Shown here: one piece after another, positions 1 through 11,724 of the stretch
Layout: the number at the start of each line of letters is the position of its first letter
Position numbering within the stretch: the stretch's first letter is position 1
Assembly: GCF_006345805.1 (NCBI RefSeq)
Contig: NC_043003.1
Coordinates: 103,044,001 to 103,108,000, forward strand
Length of the DNA stretch: 64,000 nucleotides
Reading direction: 5' to 3'
Source: Octopus sinensis
Lineage: Eukaryota
Notes under the pieces: generated by a model
Seen by the model: the letters and a program-made list of their open reading frames with translations, nothing else
Told to the model about the DNA's origin: nothing
The model's database searches: none
Program-made: the position numbers and the translations under genes

Positions 1-105
1 ACCTTAAGTGCCAAGAACCCTTTTAAGTTTCCTAGCTGTCCCTAATAACACTGTTTTCTGCATCTGTGCTAAACTGGCTATTATGCCTATTTCCTATTTC
101 CATCT
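1..105 (-). mobile_element. 3' coding end of an RLE-type (R4/Dong-like) non-LTR retrotransposon, fragment
   Basis: Minus strand reads ...QMQKTVLLGTARKLKRVLGT*, the typical C-terminal 'QK..LLGTA.ILR' motif of R4/Dong-type proteins. Confidence 0.6.
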
Positions 106-286
106 GTTCAGATCTTTAACGGTAGCTTCCAACATCCGTTTTCTCCAGCCCCTTCTTTTAGGTCCACTTTCCAAGTCGCATTGTATCACTATCCTGTTTT
201 CTTTGCTGGCCCACTTCCTCCTCCTGATGCTGTATTAGGATGACAACTGTATTATTATTATTATTATCATTATTATTATTATTATT

Positions 287-1348
287 CAGTAGTTTTATTT
301 TTATAGCGTGCTTTCACTTCACTACCGAGCGCAGCTCTGTGTGCCTTGGGTATGTGCTGTGATTTGTTGTGATGCTCTGATGGTTATTGTATGGAAAGTG
401 TTCTGCGTAGGATGTGTGCAGTGCCTAGTAGTGCAATTTTCTGTATGTTATATGTGTTTGTAAGTCCTGGTGTTTTTGTTATGTATTTGTCTGAATATTT
501 TTTTATCATGCCTAATGCACCTACTATGATAGGAATTGTTTCTGTTTTCAGGTTCCACATTCTAGTTACCTCTATTTCCAGGTCTTTGTATTTTGAGAGT
601 TTCTCCATTCTTTTAGAGACACGTTGTCATCTGCCGGTATTGATACATCAATTAGAAAGCATTTTTTTTCTTCATGATCTCTGACAACTATATCTGGTCT
701 GTTGGCCTTAATTTCTCTATCTGTGTGTATCGGCATATCCCAGAGTATGGTTGCTTTCTCGTTTTCTGTGACCTTTTCTGGTGTGTGCCTATACCATCTT
801 TTTTCTGTTGTTATTCCATAATGTTGGCATAGCTTCCAATGTATGTAGGTTCCAACTCTGTCATGTCTGTGAATATATTCCTTCTTAGCCAGGACTGGGC
901 AGCTAGAGATAATATGATTTATTGTTTCTTGTCCATCTCCACATATTCTGCAGTTACTTGTAATATTTCTTTTCATTACATGTTTTTGGTAATTTCTGGT
1001 GGGGAGGCTTTGGTCTTGTGCTGCAATCCCTCTGTTTCTGCTTTGAGTCCTGAGCTTCTCAACCATTGCTGGGATTTTTCTTTGTCTATTTCTTTTGCGT
1101 TTAGTTTAGTGCAGTATTTACCATGAAGGGGCTTTTCTTGCCATCGTTTTATCATGGCTCGTTGCTGTTCTATTTTTAGTTTGGATTTCATTTGTTTTAT
1201 AGCTTTTGTTGTTTCTTCATCATCTTCTTCTTCTTCTTTGTGTTTATTAGGGGGTATGATTTCTTGTTTGTATTTGTCAGCTTCCTCAAATACTGAGAAC
1301 AGTTTTTTGTTTTGCTCGTGTTTTGCTGCTATCTGGATCAGTTTTCCT

Positions 1349-1350
<2 letters not shown>
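287..1350 (-). mobile_element. 5'-truncated R4/Dong-clade LINE (CCHC zinc knuckle + RLE endonuclease + 3' UTR) inserted in a (TAA)n tract
   Basis: Frameshifted ORFs 976-1191, 572-1066 and 384-608 give WQEKPLHG, CRICGDGQETINHIISSC (CCHC), RPDIVV..CFLIDVSIP..K (PD-D/ExK) and QKIALLGTAHILRRTL. (TTA)n flanks both ends (251-286, 1351-1400). Confidence 0.9.
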
Positions 1351-1433
<83 letters not shown>

Positions 1434-1479
1434 CGTTGTCATCGTCGTCGTCGTTGTTGTTGTTATCATTATTATTCGT

Positions 1480-2990
1480 GAACCGTGTTTTCTACTCCAC
1501 ACCAACTTGCTTCTTGCGTGTATTAACGAAATATGTTACTCACGTTGCAAAAACAATTTGTCCAGTGGAGAGAAGTACTTGATGATGGTTGTCAGGACAG
1601 AGATGTGGAAAATATAGACAAAATTTTTGAGATTCGTTGAGCAACTTAAAGAATTTGTAACATTGGAGATGAATTTTTTTTTATTTCAGATGCTAGTCTT
1701 ACGTGATCGAAATTTTGTAGCCAATACTATTGTTGATTTGATGCAATCGCTATGAGACAGTGCAGAATAAAGGAAACCAGCTTGATACATGTTGGGGAAA
1801 TAGTTTCAAGAAAGTTGACCATATTGATTGTAGAGAAGAAGAAGAAAGAGCAGAGTTAAGGAAAAGAACAGGAAATGCGTTGCTAGAGTTGCACCTGAGG
1901 CTGTTCTCATATCAATAAAAAAAAATTCAAAGTAGCTACTTAGTGACCTAGGATTATTTGCATACTGAAACCAATCATTCTTTAGAAACAGGTAAGTCGG
2001 TTAACAACTTTTGAATTTTAGAGAAAGCTGAAGAGACAGCAAAAACTTTTACCGAAAATTATTCAGATTTTGTTAATTTTCTCAGACAAAATCATAATTG
2101 GAAACAGGTGAGTTTCATAAGTGAAAATAGGTAAAGGACACCATGACGTATCTCGTTGTTACTCGTCTTGAATTCAGACATTTCGAGATGTATAGATTTT
2201 TCAGATATTTATTTGAAAATAATAGCTGAAACTTGTGCAGGTGAATGAGGTTTTACCAAAGCAAGTGTTGTCAAAAATTGATTGGGTTTTAAGGATAGGT
2301 TTTAAGAGTGACAATCTTTGTCGGTCAATTTCGATGTGACTACTGACAAATTTACGGCAAAGGATGTTCACACAGAGATCAATATAAAATTAAGTATTTG
2401 CTTAATGCCGTGGCCTAAATATGTATTTACACATGTGATATGTGAACTGTAGTGTAACTATTTTGTAGTTAGACCTTTTAATAAAGTATTTTTTTGTTTG
2501 GAAAATAATATTTTTCCATAATGTAATTTTGTCATATTTTGATAAGAGTGGAGATCCATTTGTTCGGTATAGCATCCGGGCCAATGAGTACTGGTGATGG
2601 TGGTGCTGGCAGGACATAGACTAATATTTTTAAAGAATTCTCACGTAAGAACTATGCCCTAACAAGGAGAGAACCTTGTCAGATTAGCGAATAGAGGCAC
2701 TGCAAGATGTCTGCATAGATTTGAAGATTGTGATCCGATTCTGAGAAGATATGCGCAGTTTTCAGCGATATTTCCCTATTGTGAAGACAGTGGATGGTGT
2801 ACTTGAAGACTCTCTCGAGTCTAGCGTGACTTTCACCAGGGAAGGAGAACTGCTGGGAAAAGTGGATAACACAGCAGCAAAAAGATGGCAGAAGCGAGAG
2901 GCTGTGCTAGAGGCTGTGCTAGAGGAAAATCGCGGGCTTTGGGCACTCTGATTTGCGAAGGTTGTGAGTACATGCTAAATTTTTTTCGCT
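1480..2990 (+). mobile_element. Highly decayed LINE remnant, possibly L1/Tx1-like
   Basis: No intact ORF. Only faint resemblance to the RT N-terminal 'NFRPISLLN.D.K' region near 2310-2365. Confidence 0.3.
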
Positions 2991-3000
2991 ACTCTCTTTG

Positions 3001-3041
3001 CAGTAGTAGTAGTAGTAGTGGTGGTGGTGGTGGTGGTGGTG

Positions 3042-3076
<35 letters not shown>

Positions 3077-3354
3077 TGTAGTATTTGTTGTTGTTGTTGT
3101 TGTAACAACAGCAGCAGCAGAAGTCGCTGGCCAGTTATTTCTATGAATTATAACACTGTAAAGCCAGTCAAAATCAAAGTACCATTTCCAAGTAAGACAG
3201 CTTAGAGTAGTGGTGGTGGTGATAATAATAATAGCATTATTATTAGTAGTAGTAGTAGTAGTAGCAGTAGTAGTAGTAGTGGTGGTGGTGGTGGTGGTGG
3301 TGGTGGTGGTGGTGGTGGTGGTAGTAGTAGTAGTAAGTAGTAGTAGTAGCAATG

Positions 3355-3398
<44 letters not shown>

Positions 3399-3405
3399 GG
3401 TGGTG

Positions 3406-3445
<40 letters not shown>

Positions 3446-3495
3446 TAGTAGTAGTAGTGGTGGTGGTGGTGGTGGTGGTGGTGGTGGTGGTGGTG

Positions 3496-3550
<55 letters not shown>

Positions 3551-3567
3551 TAGTAGCAGCAGCAGCA
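3001..3567. repeat. Compound (GTA)n/(GGT)n/(GCA)n trinucleotide microsatellite
   Basis: Directly visible alternating agt/ggt tracts. Confidence 0.95.
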
Positions 3568-3670
3568 ATTTTAGTGACATATCTTATCTACATCTCTTTT
3601 ACGAATGCAATTGATAAACATAAACACGACTGCGCATTGAGACGCGTGCATCACACCACCACCACCTTCC

Positions 3671-3671
<1 letters not shown>

Positions 3672-3709
<38 letters not shown>

Positions 3710-3710
3710 T

Positions 3711-3767
<57 letters not shown>

Positions 3768-3991
3768 AAAGCTCATTTGGAAATGTCAGAAATAATTAAA
3801 GATGTATGGCGGATGTGTTGTCATGTTTTGCTGATCCCGGATTTCCATTCTCTCTCAGTTCACCTTTCCTGCCGTTTGCAACCTCCTCACCACCTGACGC
3901 TCTTCACTCCGCACGAGTTATCATACCTGTTACTGTGACTTTATATTCTCGGCAGCAGCCAACGATAATGCAGAAATATGACATATACATG

Positions 3992-4026
<35 letters not shown>

Positions 4027-5080
4027 AACATATGTACAACTGTACGTGTATGTATGTATGTATGTATGTCTTTGCGTATGTGTATCTCTGTGTGTGTACG
4101 TGTGTAGACGTGGATGAACATACGGTGTATCTGGCGTACTTTATCTCCATCGACACTTTTGTAACGTAGCTGCTTACTTTGCAAGAAAAAGCAAAGAGCA
4201 ATATGATAGTCGCAAGATTACAATCTACAAAAGAAAAAGATTCATGATAAAAAATAAGGCATCATTGAAAAAAAATCATCAAAAATTATAAAAATACAAA
4301 TGTAAGCCGATTATTGTTGTTGTTGTTGTTGTTATTATTATTAATATTATTGTGATGAGCATCATCATCACCATCATCTATACTACTACTCTACTACTAC
4401 TATTACTACTACTACTACTACTACTACTACCACACTACTACTACTACTACTACTACAAAGCTCATTTGGAAATGTCAGAAATAATTAAAGATGTATGGCG
4501 GATGTGTTGTCATGTTTTGCTGATCCCGGATTTCCATTCTCTCTCAGTTCACCTTTCCTGCCGTTTGCAACCTCCTCACCACCTGACGCTCTTCACTCCG
4601 CACGAGTTATCATACCTGTTACTGTGACTTTATATTCTCGGCAGCAGCCAACGATAATGCAGAAATATGACATATACATGCACACACACACACACCACAC
4701 ACACACACACACTCACACAACATATGTACAACTGTACGTGTATGTATGTATGTATGTATGTCTTTGCGTATGTGTATCTCTGTGTTGTACGTGTGTAGAC
4801 GTGGATGAACATACGGTGTATCTGGCGTACTTTATCTCCATCGACACTTTTGTAACGTAGCTGCTTACTTTGCAAGAAAAAGCAAAGAGCAATATGATAG
4901 TCGCAAGATTACATCTACAAAAGAAAAAGATTCATGATAAAAAATAAGGCATCATTGAAAAAAAATCATCAAAAATTATAAAAATACAAATGTAAGCCGA
5001 TTATTGTTGTTGTTGTTGTTGTTATTATTATTAATATTATTGTGATGAGCATCATCATCACCATCATCTATACTACTACT
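3672..5080. repeat. Near-perfect tandem duplication, ~689-bp unit, bounded by (CTA)n tracts
   Basis: The ATG at 3806 recurs at 4495. In the non-repetitive parts the two copies differ only by 1-nt indels. Confidence 0.9.
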
Positions 5081-5091
5081 CTTACTGCTGC

Positions 5092-5135
<44 letters not shown>

Positions 5136-5204
5136 TGTGCTTTGAATTCGTTTATTTATCACCTTTTGGTTTTAGTCGTGTATAAATATACACATACATA
5201 TATC

Positions 5205-5266
<62 letters not shown>

Positions 5267-5470
5267 AAGATACATAGATAGGTAGACAGACAGACAGACA
5301 GACAGATAAATAGATAGATATGTATGTGTGTATATATATATGCATGCATGCATATATCATAGATATACATATATGTATGTATGTATGTAAATATGTATGT
5401 ATGTGTGTATGTAAGTATGTATGTAGTGCGTATGTATGTAGGTATGTATGTATGAATGTATGTATGTATG

Positions 5471-5501
<31 letters not shown>

Positions 5502-5637
5502 GTATGTATGTAGTGCGTATGTATGTAGGTATGTATGTATGTATGAATGTATGTATGTATGTATGATGTATGTATGTATGTATGTATGTATGTATGTATG
5601 TGTGTATGTATGTATGTATGTATGTGGTATGTATGTA
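5205..5637. repeat. (GATA)n/(GACA)n/(TATG)n tetranucleotide microsatellites
   Basis: Directly visible. Confidence 0.95.
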
Positions 5638-6159
5638 GGACACAATGATAATCTAAAGAACTAATAAAAATCATTACAAAAATGCAGCAGATTATTTTCT
5701 CAGTCTTCGTATTAAAAATCTCTGAAGCAAGCAACATCAGATTGGTTGATGTCATTAGGGAATCTTCTTTCAGCCGTGACTCGACTAAATCTTTTTCTAA
5801 AGATTGTCGCCATTTTATTTTATTTATTTTGTCTCTTTTGAAGACGAGAAACAAAACAAGTTTAAATCAATAACACGAAAGATGGAAAAAACATATAACG
5901 AGAAACATAAGATGAAATAATGAGTTTCTTATTATATATTCCCTTCCGGGTCTACTGAAGTTCAACGCGAGGTGTATATACTGCTGTTGTTAGTGACGTC
6001 CATTGTTACATCTGTAATTAAGTATAAAGATTTAATCATGTTTTTTGCATTAACGTTTGTCACAATGAATAATCATTCAACTTTTCAAGTGAATATTTTA
6101 TCTACACAGGGAGTATATATGAGTATATTGTATGTACGTAACTATATCTTTATATAGTA

Positions 6160-6227
<68 letters not shown>

Positions 6228-6262
6228 CTCTCTATATATATCTACCTATCAACCTATCTACT

Positions 6263-6308
<46 letters not shown>

Positions 6309-6629
6309 CACAAATAAGAAAATGGAGAAACAAATTCAGCTCGTTCATCAACTTAGGGATATTACAATTTTACATTATTTATTCATTATACAAATGAGAA
6401 CATCAAAAGCAAACAAAACATTATATAAATCAATAGGTAATATAGCATATTAGATAATTGATATCCCATAGTGGGTTACATTCATAACCCCTATCTTACT
6501 TTGTACTATATATATATATACATGTATGTATGGACACACACACATACATACATAGATACATACATACGTACGTACGTACGTACATACATACATACATACA
6601 TACATACATACATACATACATACATAAGA

Positions 6630-7260
6630 CCAAAGGTGCAGAAGGATAGAGCAAGGAATCCATGAATCAGGTACTCCAAATCAGTCGGAAGGAAGAAGAC
6701 GGTCCGTGTGAGCGTACAGTAAATAGTCAAATCGAATACTCGAACATTGAAAATAACAAACAAGGGAATGTGCACGTGGAATGTATGAGTTTAATACTCG
6801 GCAAAAAGGGGGAGTCTTTTGACGTTCCGAGTATAGCTCTTCATCAAAAAGGAAAACGGGAAGTGAAGAGAAGGAAAAATGTCACTAACAGCACGTGTGT
6901 AGTTATATTCATGAAGTGACCGGTAGTGGAAAGAGATAGAAGTTTTGGAGTGTACAGGAGAGTGCGATGATTGCCGGTTTGTGTGTGTGTGTGTGAGTGT
7001 AGTAATATCTGTGTGCGTGTGTTTGTGTTTATGCGAGTGATGTATGTATAAGGGTATGAGTCCACAAGCGTGTTAGTGGCTGGTATTTGATTTGGTCGAG
7101 AGAGGCGAGAGACCAGATGAAAAGTGTGTGAGTGGGTGGGTGTGTCTGTGTGTGCGTTTGAGTGTGTGTACACCCCCATAGTCCTTCGTGACCGAAGCGA
7201 GGTTTCTCCTCTCTCTCTTTACATACCCATAAAACATGAGTACCTCATAACCTCGCAGAT
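6630..7260 (-). mobile_element. 3' UTR/pLTR remnant of a Penelope-like element with a decayed HHR (6816-6850)
   Basis: Minus strand ttTGATGA-agagc tata ctc-GGAA-cg-TC-aaaag resembles the end of the PLE at 44260-45680. Confidence 0.5.
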
Positions 7261-7272
7261 TATATACATATA

Positions 7273-8625
7273 TATACAGTGTACATTTAAACACATAAGA
7301 AGCATCCATCATAGGACTCCATGCCCGCTAGAGAGAACAGTTAAATTCCATACCACTATTAGGGATAAAATTTCGAAGGGAATGAAAAATATAAACATTT
7401 ACCATCTAACTCCTGGTCCAATGGTTTCAGACTCTTTTAGCAAATAAAATAATTTGCTAGGCGAAATCTTCTTCAGCAGGTACACATTAGATTAAATATA
7501 TATACACGAAGAAATCCAGTATATGCTCCATGCGTATACATTCTAATTTTTCAAATCCATCGCGCAAGCTCAGCTCCTTATCAGCAGTAAGCAAAAATGC
7601 CGGTTTTTCAATTCGAAAATTATCCAGAAAAATATGATCAATAATTAATAATATCAAAGGGTAATCAGAAATATTAGAAATTTCCATTACCAGTGGCCTG
7701 GCGTGTAAAAAGATTTGTCAATAGACGATGTTATTCATATAAATACAGTGTACATTTAAACACATTTAAACACATCATAGAACTCCTTGCATGCTAGAGA
7801 GAACAGTTAAATTCCAAACCACTATTAGGGATAAATTATTAATTATCGATCATATTTTTCTGGATAATTTTCGAACTGAAACGCGGGCATTTTCATTTAC
7901 TGCCGATAAGAAGCTGAGCTTGCGCGGTAGATTTGAAAAATTAGAATGTATAAGCACGGGGCATATATTGGATTGCCTCGTGAATATATATTTAATCTAA
8001 GGTGTACTTGCTGAAGAAGACTTCGCCTAGCAAATTATTTTATTTGCTAAAAAAAAGTCTGAAGCCATTGGTCCAGGAGTTAGATGGTAAATGTTTTTAT
8101 TTTTCATTCCCTTCGAAATTTTATCCCTAATAGTGGTTTGGAATTTAACTGTTCTCTCTAGCGAGCAAGGAGTCCTATGATAGATGCCTTTTATGTGTTT
8201 AAATGTACACTGTATTTATACGAATAATATATAATCTATTGACTAAATTTTTTACACGCCAGGCCACTGGTAATGGAAATTTCTAATATTTCTGATTACC
8301 CTTTGATATTATCAATTATTGATCATATTTTTCTGGATAATTTTCGAATTGAAAAACCGGCATTTTTACTTACTGCCGATAAGGAGCTGAGCTTGCGGGG
8401 TAGATTTGAAAAATTAGATTGTATAAGCACGGAGCATATACTGGATTTCTTCGTGTATATATATTTAATCTAAGGTGTACCTGCTGAAGAAGACTTCGCC
8501 TAACAAATTATTTTATTTGCTAAAAGAGTCTGAAACCATTGGTCCAGGAGTTAGATGGTAAATGTTTATATTTTTCATTCCCTTCGAAATTGTATCTCTA
8601 ATAGTGGTATGGAAATTAACTGTTC
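7273..8625. repeat. Non-coding ~473-bp HHR-containing repeat: ~1.2 units on the minus strand (7273-7836) joined to ~1.7 units on the plus strand (7837-8625); retrozyme/pLTR-like
   Basis: Core CTGAAGA recurs at 8011 and 8484 (period 473). An inverted copy lies at 7412-7480. Peptide-level repeats in ORFs 7487-7687(-), 7791-8000(+) and 8273-8473(+) confirm the homology. Confidence 0.9.
8480..8548 (+). ncRNA. Type I hammerhead ribozyme, intact core, GUC cleavage site after 8544
   Basis: cctg-CTGAAGA-agact(..hairpin..)agtct-GAAA-ccattgg-TC-cagg: stem I cctg/cagg, stem II agact/agtct, stem III A-cca/tgg-T. Confidence 0.85.
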
Positions 8626-8629
8626 TGCA

Positions 8630-8975
8630 GATTAGGGACTATATAGGGTTCCTGAACTCTTTACCGCATCTAAGATTTCCTAAAACGATATGCTAGTTCG
8701 CGGCCAAGGTAGCATCAACGAACATGGCACTCTGATATTTTTGCTTGTCATACCAAGAGTTGGTCTTACCTAACTTCTTCTAGGTAGGTTCTGTGCTGTT
8801 CCGGGATTTACTCCTGAATAACGAGCAGATCTGATTTGCATAATTTTCTATGCTGGCCTTGTACATAGCCCTGGCTCCTTTGTAGGCTCTAATCTTGTCC
8901 CGTTGAGTGTAGCCAGAGAGCTGCATGAGGTGGATGAAGTGTTGAATGTGTTTTCCAATTCCGTTGGGTCGCACA
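8630..8975 (-). mobile_element. Penelope-like element fragment (RT thumb/linker region)
   Basis: HIQHFIHLMQLSGY..RAYKGARAMY..LFRSK..SWYDKQKYQSAMFVDAT resembles the 'SGY..RPLYR..WY..SVLFVP.TP' region of invertebrate PLE proteins. Confidence 0.55.
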
Positions 8976-9191
8976 TGCGAACGTGCACACACAAATATAT
9001 ATGTCAATATATATATATACATATATATATATTATTATATAATATATATATATATATAATATATATATATATTATTCTATTATATATAATATATATATAT
9101 ACATAATATATATATATATATATACATATATACAATACATATATATATATAATATAATATATATATATATATATACATACATATATATTAT

Positions 9192-9271
<80 letters not shown>

Positions 9272-9378
9272 CATATATACATACATATATATATATTATA
9301 CATACATATATATATATATATATATGTATAGAGACAGGAGAGAAGAACGAGATGTATGTATTTATATATATATATATG

Positions 9379-9793
9379 TATGTAACATATGACATAATTA
9401 TAAACAGGGCAAATTTTAGCCAGTTTTCTGCAGACAAGAAAAATAATGAAAAACCTTAATCGATTTTCGAACCTTACTAGATTCTTATCAGAGGTGTCTA
9501 CATCATTCTGACAATCACCAGAGAAACAAACAGCTAATCTGTTTATATACTCAACAAATTCAGCAGTTACTCTATGAAGGAGTTCCTAATTTGCCTACTA
9601 AAATTGTTGAACACTATAAATACCAGCTGCCTGTCAACGAGGATCTTAGTCCACACAGTATCAAGGTATGATATAATACATATGTAACATATGGTATAAT
9701 TATATAAACGGCAAATTTTAGCCATTTCTCCGCAAAATGAAAAAAATGATGAACTACCTTAATCGATTTTGGAAACTTACTGGGTTCTCATCA
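9379..9793 (-). repeat. ~302-nt direct repeat (1.4 units) between (TA)n tracts, each copy with a mutated HHR
   Basis: tatgtaacatatg..aaattttagcc..accttaatcgatttt recurs at 9379 and 9681. Minus-strand HHR folds lie at 9453-9495 and 9756-9792. Confidence 0.75.
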
Positions 9794-9794
9794 C

Positions 9795-9849
<55 letters not shown>

Positions 9850-9987
9850 TGTGTATGTGTGTGAGTGTGTATGTGTGTGAGTGTGTGAGTGTGTGTGTCT
9901 GTGCGAGTGTATATGTGTGTTTGTGTGTGTGAGTGTGTATGTGTGTGTGTGTATGTGTGTGTGTGTGAGTGTGTGTGTGTGTGTGTG

Positions 9988-10057
<70 letters not shown>

Positions 10058-10065
10058 TTTGCCAG

Positions 10066-11630
10066 CACTCCTCCTCAAATCATGTAAGCATGCCCTGGCA
10101 AAACCCCTCCAGATTCTCTTCCAGAGCTTTCTTGCAAAAATAATGAATAATATGCCCAATCCATAAAGTGGGAAGCAGAGCAGATGCCAAAAACTATAGG
10201 CCTATCTCTCTGACTTCACACATCAGCAAAGTCATGGAACGGATATTCAGAGGGAAAATAATCGCATTCCTTGAAGAAAATATCTTGCTGAGTGATACCC
10301 AGCATGGCTTTCGACCAGGTAGGAGCTGTTTGACCCAGCTCTTACAATAAATATTATGACTGGGTGTTGATGCAGTTACTCAACAAATCAAATATGGATG
10401 TAATCTACCTTGATTTTGCAAAAGTTTTGACAAGGTGGATCATGGTATATGCCACAAACTGCGTCACCTTGGCATAGCTGGAAAACTTGGAGAGTGGTTA
10501 CATGCCTTTCTGAAAGATTGAAATCATGCAATAGTGGCTAATGAAAACACAAATAGTGAGCGGTGTTCCACAAGGTACTGTCTTGGGACCACTGCTTTTT
10601 ATAGTGGCCCTCTCAGATGTGCCCTCAAGAACCCGTGTAGCCACCCTTGCAAGCTACGTAGACGATACGAAAGTGTCACATAAAATACAGAACCCCTGCG
10701 ATGTTGCACACCTGCAAGAGGAGTTGGACTCAATCTACAGATGGGCTGAGGATAATAATATGCAGTTTAATGCTGAAAAATTCCAAGCCCTATGCTACCA
10801 GTGTCCAAAACTGAATATGAAACTTACAGGGTACACTGGTCCACAGGGAATTTCAATTCCAGAGCCTAAATCAGTGAGGGAGCTGGGTATCGACATGAGT
10901 GATGATACCTCTTTCCAAGTGCACATTACCAGGATGGCGACAAAGTGCAGATGACTGGCTGGCTGGATCCTGAGAACATTCAGAACCAGAGATAAGGAAA
11001 CCATGATGGTCCTCTAGAGGACATTCGTCCTCAGCTGCCTAGATTACGGGTCACAACTATGATCACCCAATAGTGTGAAATTAACAGCGGACCTTGAAGC
11101 AATCCAGAAAAGATTCACAGAGAAGATCGTCCCTTTGCAACTGCTCAGCTACTGGAAAAGGCTGAAATAGCTAAAACTCTACTCACTGGAGAAACGGCGG
11201 GAGAGGTATGCAGTAATATACATCTGGAAGATCCTGGAAGGAATTGTGCCAAATTTTGGCATTGGAAGTTACACCAATGCTAGAACGGGACGACACTGCA
11301 TACTGCCAAAGATCCCAGCAACGCCATCGTGCTTCAGGACCAGTTACTTCAACAACCTGGGTTTCAAGGGCCCACATTTTTTTAATATTCTCCTAAAGAG
11401 CCTGAGGAACCTGCACAAAATAGATGTAGGTGTTTTAAAATCAAAGCTGGACCTCTTCCTGTCAAGAGTCCCAGATGAACCTACATCACGGCAAGATGTG
11501 CTAATGAGGGTAGCTATATCAATCTCCATGCTTCACCAAGTGCTACATATTGGAGGAGGCTCGCAGTAATAACAGTGTAGCAAAACGGCGGAGCATCAGT
11601 ATTGCCGCAGCTCTGAGCTGAAGCTACAGA
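10066..11630 (+). mobile_element. 5'-truncated CR1-clade LINE, RT domain with stops and frameshifts
   Basis: NYRPISLTSHISKVMER, QHGFRPGRSCLTQL, YLDFAK, SGVPQGTVLGPLLF, YVDDTK, WAEDNNMQFN. (TA)n on both sides. Confidence 0.9.
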
Positions 11631-11631
11631 A

Positions 11632-11724
<93 letters not shown>

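Noticed and set aside
2975-3795. Long ORFs with poly-L/P/T/V/S/G runs (also YIYI, HTHT, YVCM and poly-N/I ORFs throughout the window)
   Set aside because: They are translations of stop-free microsatellites, not genes.
3806-4117. MADVLSCFADPG... ORF, present twice
   Set aside because: No recognisable domain, it runs into (CA)n/(TATG)n, and the duplication is explained by the tandem repeat.
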